Assembly: GCF_000002075.1 (NCBI RefSeq)
Contig: NW_004797416.1
Span: forward strand, 480,038-544,037
Direction of reading: 5' to 3'
Length of the DNA stretch: 64,000 nucleotides
Source of the DNA: Aplysia californica
Taxonomy: Eukaryota
The notes beneath the pieces were generated by a model that was given only the letters and a program-made list of their open reading frames with translations, ran no database searches and was not told where the DNA came from. Shown piece by piece: positions 55,001-64,000 of the stretch. Position numbers and translations under genes: made by a program. The stretch's first letter is position 1. Each line of letters opens with the position of its first letter.

Positions 55001-58000
55001 CTTCGCCAAATTTTTAACACAACGAAACAAGTGCGTCAACTGTTGGTTTGTGGCTTCCTGTTCCTTGTAACTGAAAAACACTGGAGATATTGATCGAAAA
55101 AGCGTATTTCGAAAATACACTGGATTCGGCCACTGCGCCAGCGGGACATCCTGTAAATACACGAAAATTGGTTCAAGTGTGTTAACCTTGACACTCAATG
55201 AACCCTTAACTATCTGCCACAAGGACATCTTGTCATATTGCAGAAAAAGGTTCTGAATTACTTTTTATAATCATCCTTTTAGCAAAGAAAATGAGAATAT
55301 CGGTTGGACTTGCAGGTGAAGCCCATCGACACAATAATGGTCATTTGCAAAGAAAAGTAAGACAGAAGAAAAACAGGGAAAGAGAAGAAGTAGGACCAAC
55401 CCGTAGCACCCTCAAATCAGCCATGTAAATATTTTGGCTGCCTGAATGACTAAAAAAAAGGGAGCATGAAAGTTTGGTCATAATCACTTTACAAACAAAT
55501 CAAATTATGAGTAAATCTACCACAAACCTAAATACATGCTTATATAGAAACTTTGTGTGACAACACAAGAGAAGGAGCAAATGAACCCAATGAAGAAAAC
55601 GTACGGCATGACAAATAATTATATACGCTGTTACAGAAAACCTGAGATTTACTACTATCAATAAGCTGCCATAGGTAGTTTGACAGAATCAATTCGTTGT
55701 TCTATTAAGAGTTTTACGGCACTTGCAACAAAATGAGGTCATAGGCCTATACTAAAAGTGCTGAAGATTAGAGGTGTTACAAGGGAATAACCAACACAAA
55801 AAAGAAGGAGACATCAGGACGATAGGTGTTTGATAGGAAAGAAGGAGCAAACCACACCAGAGCACCCTCCAACCTCAATTAGTCGTTTTTCTAAATTCTT
55901 TATAATGAATTTATAAATGTTGAAATTGTCTAAGACTGCCACCCATTGTTGAAGAGAAAAGTGGTTATCTTAGATAGGTGAATATCTTGAGCAATATCAT
56001 TATATAAAACAAAACCACAAGGGGAGAAATGTAAAAATGGTTTTTGAGATTGTCTTGAACAAGTGGCCATCATAGTATGTTAAACTGAATATTGATGGAT
56101 ATTTTTCTCTCTTTCTTCAAGAATATTACTGTACCTAAGGATCCATCTTCACTGTCAGATACACCAGGAAGAAAGGTCTTGTCTTCTCCAAACTGCTTTC
56201 CACAGGTGATCGTCAGGTCTGTCCCTGAGCAAAAATATTATATTAGTAGATTTTAAAAACTTCTAAAAAGTCTGAAATTTGGTTAAGGCAGCACTGGTAA
56301 AACAAGAAGTCACAAAAGTGACTTGAAAAAATTGAAAAATAGATTCAACACAAGTATACAAGGACAGAGCAGTAGGGTGCTGAACTTAACTCTCAAGGGG
56401 GAAAAAAATAGCCGTGTGATTTCAGTTTCTGCCTTCCTGTCTCCATCAGATAGGACCATGAATTATTGAGAAAAGTTCTCTATCTCATTTTCTTCAGTTC
56501 TCCCAAATGTAAATAGATGTTTCCAAACAAGAAAAGATGGTACATGTTATGTGAATAACAGCTGGATACATCTAACAGGCTGCAACACTGCATATCTCTT
56601 CGCACTGAAGTAGTGATTTTGAAATATCAGGCTAGCCAAGACAGAGTTATTGCAAAACTCTGTGAGCCTTCAGAGAATATCCCAAATAAACACTTTTTTC
56701 AACTTAATCACTTTCATCTGTATTTTTTAACAGGCAAATATGAAAAAAAAATAATATATATATATATAAAGTACTATAACATGTCTATCATCAAGAAAAC
56801 ATGTCCATGGGCTCTTGAATATATTATAGCCAAACCAACTACAAAAATTATAAATACCTTCAGAGGTAACATCTTTCGTTAACTATTTCATAAAAACTCT
56901 CCTTATTTTATATATATAATGATATGGATATATATATATATATCTCTTGCTGCTCAAACATAAAATAGCACATTCCTGAAATAGACATTTTGTGGTCTAC
57001 AGTGAGTCAGATACTTATATCTAGCAATTATAATAACAACAGTTATATTTCCACAATGAGAAAATTAAGTTCAGAGAAACACTGGAAAGAAATGGGAGGA
57101 GAAGACCACAGACTTCACCACAGTGATAACAAACCAGCTGAAGAAAGCAGCTGACACACTTTGTTTATATTCCTAGACCTTTGCTTAGAGTTTTCAAAAG
57201 TGGGAAGAAAGACTTGACTAGCCCACACAAAGAAAGGGGGGAGAGGAGTAAGAAGAGCTTGTTGCCATGTCCTCATGAGAGAATCAAGACACTTGAGAAT
57301 TTCTCAAAAGTATTCTCCTCAGGGCTTGTGAAAAAAGCAACTAATTAAAAACATAAATTTAAACAGCATTCTAACAAACAAAAAACTTGATTTACTCTTC
57401 GAGCATGTGACATGATCAAACCTGACAATGACTATAAAACATGGACAAAAGAATTGCTCAAACATATTTAAAATTTGAACTCCTTTCTTACACAAGCAAA
57501 GTGAAAGACATCAGGTTTGCTTTTTTTTAAAACACAAAATTAATATTTTCAGTCTCATTCAAAATCATGAACATCTTAATTTCTCTACACAGGTCCATTC
57601 ACCTACGCTTATGACTTTTCATTTATATCCATTTCATGCCAACTTGTCAACAATTTTCCTTAAAATATTTGTATAGCCTACACACATGAACTTACTTTTG
57701 AAGACATAGTACTGGTACCATGACAAAAAATAAAACTTATGATACATATAAAATAAATGCTGAGCAGAAGCAGCAGCAGCGAAATGTACTGAAATAACAA
57801 AAATTCTAAAGATACTAACAGGTTCTATGCACCTTCTGTTCTAGCACATAAAATCTTGAGGGCAGAAGATACATTTAATCAATTAATTCATCCACAACTA
57901 AGGCAAGAGAGAAAGGGTGGTATAGGATATCCTTTTTATTCAAAGCTCTAATTTTAACAAAAAGAAGTCGCTCACTCTCATATTTTATGTCATGTATATT

Positions 58001-61000
58001 GCCCTGCAAAAGTGGAAAGACATGGAGTGACATCAAGCCACTTGCCCAGGATAGGGAAAGATGGAAAGTGTTTGTTCGTGGCCTAAATCAGGATCCAGGG
58101 TGAGAAAGGCAATGATGATATTGCCTTGTGTTACTTCAACGAGTTACCATGTTATGTATTATTAGGGAGGGCGGGAGGGAAGGAGCAGGGGAGAGAGATA
58201 GACAGAGAACGAGATATATATATATTGATATGACATGATGCATGTGTACTTTGTGTCACAGAAGTTGGTGAAAGCGCTCTGTCAATTTCATACAACAGAG
58301 GAACTTGTAATAAAGTCTATTATATCGCATTTTATCTTCCTCTTGTTCAACTTTAAATAGACATTCCAGTCTCTAGAGTGAAGGCTGCTGTTTGCTGCAG
58401 CTCCTCCAGGCTCCCATAGAGTAATAATGGGGTTCCCTGACTAAGGTTGGACCAAGATTCCCTTCAACGGTTATCTTATCTTATTCCCAGGTAGTTACAC
58501 AATAATATAGTGTAAAGCGCATAGAGCCTGCTGTTGAGCGGGGATATGCGCTATACAAATGCTATCTATTATTATTATAAGTAATCTCACCTTTAACACC
58601 AGCCCAGATACTGTCAGGGATAAAGTTTGGATTGACACCAGAAAGAGACAATGTCATGACAGAGGAGGATGTGCATAGTTTTCCATCAAGATAATAGCGC
58701 AGCTTCTCATCACTGATTGTTACCCTGAGATGGGAGAGATACAATAAGTATAAGATTTACACGAAATACAGAGAGTTCATCCAAGTTAATGTTTACATTT
58801 ACCATTGATAAATACTGAGAACATTTGTACAAATCAAGTGTTTGTAGTTCAGTGTACATTTATACATTTTATAGTTTTAAATTCTGCAAAATGGAGCAGA
58901 AGGACTCACCAAAGTTTATAAAAATAGTGTCTATCTAACCAAAGTGAGTTGGACATGGTAACACTGACTGATTAACTACTGGGTCATATGACTGTACTCA
59001 CACAGTTCCATTTCACTTTGAAACATGAACATCATATTAATGAACAAATCAGTAGGAAGTTGAATTGTCAGTACCTCCCGGAGTCACAGCTTTCTATCAA
59101 ATTAAATTGTAAATGAAACGTTTAAGTTTTCATCCCGACGGTTAAGTTGAACGTCTGATGAGCTGATCTTTTTTCCACTCCACCGATGACATCAACTCAT
59201 CCTTAGTCGACTGTATACAGTGGTGTCCAAGAGAAACTTGAAATGTAATTACCCAATCATCGTGTTAAAGCCTTGCACTATCGCTTACGCATCATACCAA
59301 TTTAAAGCTAAATAACAAAATGAATTGTGCATCATCTTAAAAAATAATAGCTTATCTATGTTTAGAGAAGCCCGAGATATGGTCACTCAAAACTGACCTT
59401 AAAAGTCAATCTTGGCAAATTTGAGCAAAATTAGAGAAACGTAAAATTGCCTTTGTGCGTGTATTGAGGAGTATCAACATTTGTTTTTGTTTTGTTTTTG
59501 TAAAGTGTTTTACGGCGCTCGCAACTGCATAAGGTCATATGAGTGCGCGGGACACACCTAATGTTTTCAGTTGGTAGGAAATTTTGAATTTTGCCCGGGT
59601 GGCGGCCGAAGCCTACTCTTATCGATTTTAGACCACCAAGGGATCTTTAACGTGCGCAACTTGCACACGGGCCCTCCGAGATTTTTTGCCCTTGTCCGAG
59701 AAGGCTAGGTGTAGGTCTTTCCTACCAGAAGATCAGGGGTGTGGCTGAAAGACAGCAGTAAGAAGAAGCGAAGGAAAAGCAGTAGAAAGGCTGCAGAAAG
59801 AATCAGGAGCCCAGAGGAAGGGGCAAAGGAGGTGAGGGGGTGGGGGCAGAAAGAGGAGACGAAAGCAGACGACAGAACATGGCTAGAGAGCAGGAAATGA
59901 GGTGAAAGGAGACAAATTTAGAGAAGAACATTTTTCGGTCGCTCCCCGGATTCGAACCCGGGACCTTTTGAATGAAAGGCCAACACCTTAACCTCTAGGC
60001 CACGAGAGCCCCCGTATCAACATTGATAGAAAGGACATACATTGCCCTTCCAATGAAAGGATAATATTGTCTCTGCAATAAACAAAATTTAATTTCCATA
60101 GTTTCAAACAAAACGGAAAACGGAGCAGTCTTATACTTCGCAAAACTTCTTAACATTAAACGTGCTCACTGTTATCTTGCTTAGGAGCCATTGGTTTTGT
60201 GAAGGGCTCGAACCCTTTGGTAATCTGCTCTAATAAATTTTGGACATAATTATCTGTTATTTCATTCAAAATGTAACAAAAATTTGCAAACAAAAGGTTT
60301 GAATTGGGAGTAAAGTTGCTTTTCTTCAGCTGCTCATGGGACTTCAGATATTCTGTAGGATTCATCTGGGCTATTTACTGGAGACCACTCCAGCACTGAT
60401 ATGATTTGATTTGTCAAGAATTGTGTAAGGGTATTGGCCCTGTGAGAAAGTGCTTTCCATGAATGAAGATGTCTACTTGAACGACGCTGCGACGAAAATA
60501 AGGGTAAGACAAGATGTTCAAGCACGTGCGTGATGTAGTACACTGAACCAAGCAATCCTGTGAATCACATGAGGGCAGTTTTGTTTATTCCACCCTAGAC
60601 AACCCAAAACCATGGCAGTTTTGTGGCCTCACTCTTCAGTGACAGATGATCAATCCAAAATCTAACAAACACAGTCCATGTGCAAAATAAATTTCATGCT
60701 CTACACGAAACCAATAGTTCCTAAACAAAAACAAAATCATACCAATGAACACATGTAACGTTAAGTTCAGGCTTTGTTTGGAATTTGTGACTACTCAGTC
60801 ACTATGTTTTCTAATCTGTTTGAAAACAGCACCAGAAGATGCATTTCATTGCAGAGATAATAATTTAAATATTCTCTTTTCATTTGATATTCAATACATT
60901 ATGTCCAATCCACCAATGTTGATGCACCTCAACAGGCCCACTTGCGCGAACACACTTTTATGTTTCTTTGATTTCACACAATTTTGCTAAGCCTGATTTT

Positions 61001-63733
61001 TTAAGGTAAATTTTGAGGTGATCATATCTTAGGCATCTTTTAAGGAAGATGAAATATTAATGTGTCAGATGATGCAACATTTTCGTAGCTTTAAATTGGT
61101 ATGCTACATTCTTCTTCTTCTTCCTTGTTCTCGATGACAGCAGCTAGACAGTCAATCCGCTGTCGCGCACAAACTGTGCAGTGCGCTTCAAATTTGAGAG
61201 ACTGCCATAGAGCTTTCTCTCAAGGGGCGTCACATTCTGCCACGTCTGTATACGAAGGGTGGCGCCGCGCGGGCAGTGCTGAAGGTAATGGTTGGCATCC
61301 TCTTGTTTGTGTCCACATTCGCAGATCGTGGACTCTCCCACTTTTAATTTAGTGTATATGGTGTTTGAGTCTGTTGTGGCCACAACGGAGTTAAAAGATT
61401 GTGACCTTGTCTGCTCTATTTAGCATGTAGTAGGGTGATTAGGGTGGGATCTTTTTCATCTGTTTCTTATGGCAGATTTTATTAGCGGTATGCTACATTA
61501 GTGGGTTGTGCGAGGCTTTAACATGAAGATAGGTTGATTGCATTTTCATGCCACTGTATAAGCTGCCACAGGTAGCTGGACAGAATTTATTGTTTTTCTA
61601 AATTCTTTATTATGAATGAATAAATGTTGAAATTGTCCAAGACTGCCACCTATTGTAGAGCAGAAATGTAGTTGTCTTAGACAGGTAGACGTCTCGGACA
61701 ATATCATCATAATATAACAAAACTCTTGAGATCCACAGGACTCGCACACTGGAGCTCCCTTGTGTCAAATGCTACATTTACTCTAGGACAATGCTACCTC
61801 AGAATCACAAAGTTTTATCTGAAATTTTTGGCTGTTTTGAGTTACTGAGACCATGAGGTTGGAAATCAATTTAATGTTCTATCTGCTCTATCAAAATCGT
61901 AAGGTTATTTGGAGTCGTTATCAAAATCATATTAAAAGAATTGAATTTTAAAAAGCTTGACATGATGAGAAATTCAAAATCTTTGACGTCAAATTGCTCA
62001 AAATTAAGTACTGAGCAGACAGAACTTTGTAATTCTGGGGTAGCGACATGCTGAGGCATATGTTTGCCCCTCACAGGGTAAAGGAAAGCATTCCCATAGG
62101 TTCTATAGGGTTAAGAAAACTTGGATGGGAACAACACCAGTCTAGATCAACTGAACATGTCAGCTCTTTGCTAAACAGAGAAAAATTGTTCTTTTACATA
62201 AGTTTCAATAATTATAACAATCATTTATGGGTGCTGGTTTATAACTGGTCTATTGTTATGTTTCTAGTTCAGTTGACAGTCTTATACCTCTGGATCGTTC
62301 TGACAACTAGTAAGTTTAGTGGATGGTATAGGCCTACAACTACTATATTTCTTGTCTCCTCATGACAATGATCAATTCACATTTATATTGACTTGAGAGT
62401 GTCATTGGCTGCATTAAAATGTTGTTTTATTCGGTAGTTGTAATTTTTATTTTCCCTGTGCACATATACAGACTTGGCACTGTCAGTGGCCACATTTAAA
62501 ATGTTGGTCCTCTGAAGGAACTTTACATTTCCACTCTGAGTTTAGACTTATACAGGCTCGGAACTGTCATAAACCACACTAAAAATATTGACCCTGAAAA
62601 GGTACTGTTTCTTCGGTAAGAATGACGATGTTGTAAAATTCTATTACATACATCTTGTTGGGTTTCAAAATGGAAGGGAATAAAATATTGAATATCTCAA
62701 TCTCTTTTCATACATTTTAAAGTAAAGTTCTGGCCGACCAGTCAAAATGAAACAAGATCTAAATGGTGCATCCCATGCATAAACACCTCCGCCTTTGATC
62801 CATCCTCCTGTGTTTGATCTTAATATTTAGTGGCTAGCTGTCAATGTCTGTCACTTGCTGTCCCGACTTACTTGTCAATCATAATCTTTATAGTGGCAAA
62901 CATTCTTCAATTTAAACAACAATGCAATTTGAAGAAATACACCCACCCACTCAACACAAATGTAAAAATACATGTACCACTGTCTGATCTAAATGCCTGC
63001 ACTGCTGCCATTACTATCGCCAATCAGGTGGGTACGCTAAGCTTTTGCCTCATCACAGTAAACTGTGGTTGATCAAGTGGGACTTGGAGTAGACTGGCGT
63101 ATCTCATTAATGTCTCTCCAGTTTAACTGCACTTGGAGGAGGGATTCAGATTCCAACCGAAAGGAGATAGGATACAGCTGGACAAGGATGGAGACTGTTC
63201 GTTTAGTTAGAAGTTTTATGGCAGTAGTAACTACATAAGGTCATATGAGCACGCAAAACACAAGTTGGTAGCATTTGCAACAGTTCAGAGCATGGCTTGA
63301 TTTCACCTTATGGTAAAGTTAAACATGTCATGGTAAATATTTCAGTATTTAAAAGGATTAAAAGATAAATGATAAAAATAGGATGTAGATTAAAGTCCAG
63401 GACAGAAGTAGCCTACATGAAGAGCTCTTGTTAGTGGTCTATACCCCAGCACACGGTAAAAAAAAGGCTGACGACGACGATAATGATGGTAGGATTACCT
63501 GTTTGTGCCGTCACATCCATGGATGTTTAGAGACATTCCTTTGGATATACGGATATCATACGCTGAGAGGGTGACCTCTGCTGAATTGTTGCTCCTGGAG
63601 GTAATTTGGCAGGAACATGATGAACTCTCTGGTTGAGCGGAGAATGTTTCATTTTTGAAAATAAGCTGGATCAATAAATTTGATGAAATTTCAGTGCTGA
63701 CATTTTCACAGATGTCATATACTCTGGAAGACC
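52014..63733 (-). CDS. Uncharacterised single-pass type I membrane protein (5' partial): CUB-like Cys-containing ectodomain, TM helix, tyrosine-rich cytoplasmic tail
   Basis: Exons 63733-63499, 58724-58591, 56224-56135, 54350-54266, 53646-53331, 52217-52014 splice GT-AG in consistent phase into about 354 stop-free codons ending TAA. TM segment VYILCIVVGAVLIIVLLLTVA followed by HCVRKR. The 53646 acceptor has a weak pyrimidine tract. Confidence 0.85.
52679..53091. mobile_element. Tigger-like MITE in the last intron of the receptor gene
   Basis: Left end CAGTGCAACTCAGATTTAACGAA versus reverse complement of right end CAGTGAAACTCGGATATAATGAA. TA on the left flank. Confidence 0.7.
58004..58117 (+). 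mobile_element. Very short 5'-truncated RTE LINE
   Basis: SGKTWSDIKPLAQDRERWKVFVRGL then stop, (ATG)n tail, 8-bp TSD ATATTGCC at 57996-58003 and 58118-58125. Confidence 0.75.
59482..60013 (-). mobile_element. Full-length copy of the same SINE family
   Basis: Collinear with and highly similar to the reverse complement of 26647-27176. 11-bp TSD GTATCAACATT at 59471-59481 and 60014-60024. Confidence 0.92.
61111..61486 (-). mobile_element. 5'-truncated I-group/Ingi-like LINE with CCHC knuckle
   Basis: CECGHKQEDANHYLQHCP...KLYGSLSNLKRTAQFV then stop, (GAA)n tail, 13-bp TSD GGTATGCTACATT at 61098-61110 and 61487-61499. Confidence 0.9.
61560..61724 (+). repeat. Dispersed repeat; interrupted copy at 55662-56015 and inverted fragment at about 54510-54550
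   Basis: TAAGCTGCCAYAGGTAG...GACAGAAT...TTTTTCTAAATTCTTTAT...ATAAATGTTGAAATTGTCYAAGACTGCCACC is shared between copies. Confidence 0.8.
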
Positions 63734-64000
63734 CTGAAATTTAAAAAAGGAAAGAAAACAATCATCTAAATACCAGTAGAAAATAATGAAGATATATAAT
63801 TCCCAATTTATTTTTTATACAATTCCTTTAATGTTGCATACATTAAAAAAACCCAACAGATTATGGTAATGTGAAGTATGATAATATTGCACTTCTCAAT
63901 AAGAATTTAAGTCGGAAGGTTTATTTTGAATTATCTGTTTTGTGTCCATTTGGCCATTAGCAAACCAGTCAGTTTGTTCATATGACGAACTGAGAGCCTT

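Overview
AT-rich, intron-rich animal genomic DNA with five assembly gaps. Gene structure and repeat types suggest a lophotrochozoan, probably a gastropod mollusc (inference). Most ORFs in the supplied track are spurious. Splicing GT-AG exons by hand gives four phase-consistent genes. (1) Cathepsin L-like protease (+, CDS 3600-9367, 369 aa), with a 5' UTR exon, TATA box and M-box/CLEAR motifs. (2) PACRG (-, 16981-24894/24942). (3) MRPS15 (+, 25222-41639, 364 aa), head-to-head with PACRG across about 0.3 kb. (4) An unrecognised type I membrane receptor (-, 52014 to beyond 63733, 5' end outside the window) with a Cys-containing CUB-like ectodomain and a tail holding 10 tyrosines. Introns and intergenic DNA carry tRNA-derived SINEs (two full-length with TSDs), RTE and RNase H-bearing LINE fragments, an internally deleted mariner, several MITEs and microsatellites. 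Best leads: the tyrosine-motif receptor, the PACRG/MRPS15 bidirectional promoter, a possible propeptide-to-mature disulfide in the cathepsin, a CpG-rich self-complementary island in MRPS15 intron 3, and a 3' stem-loop tail shared by a LINE and several short repeat families.
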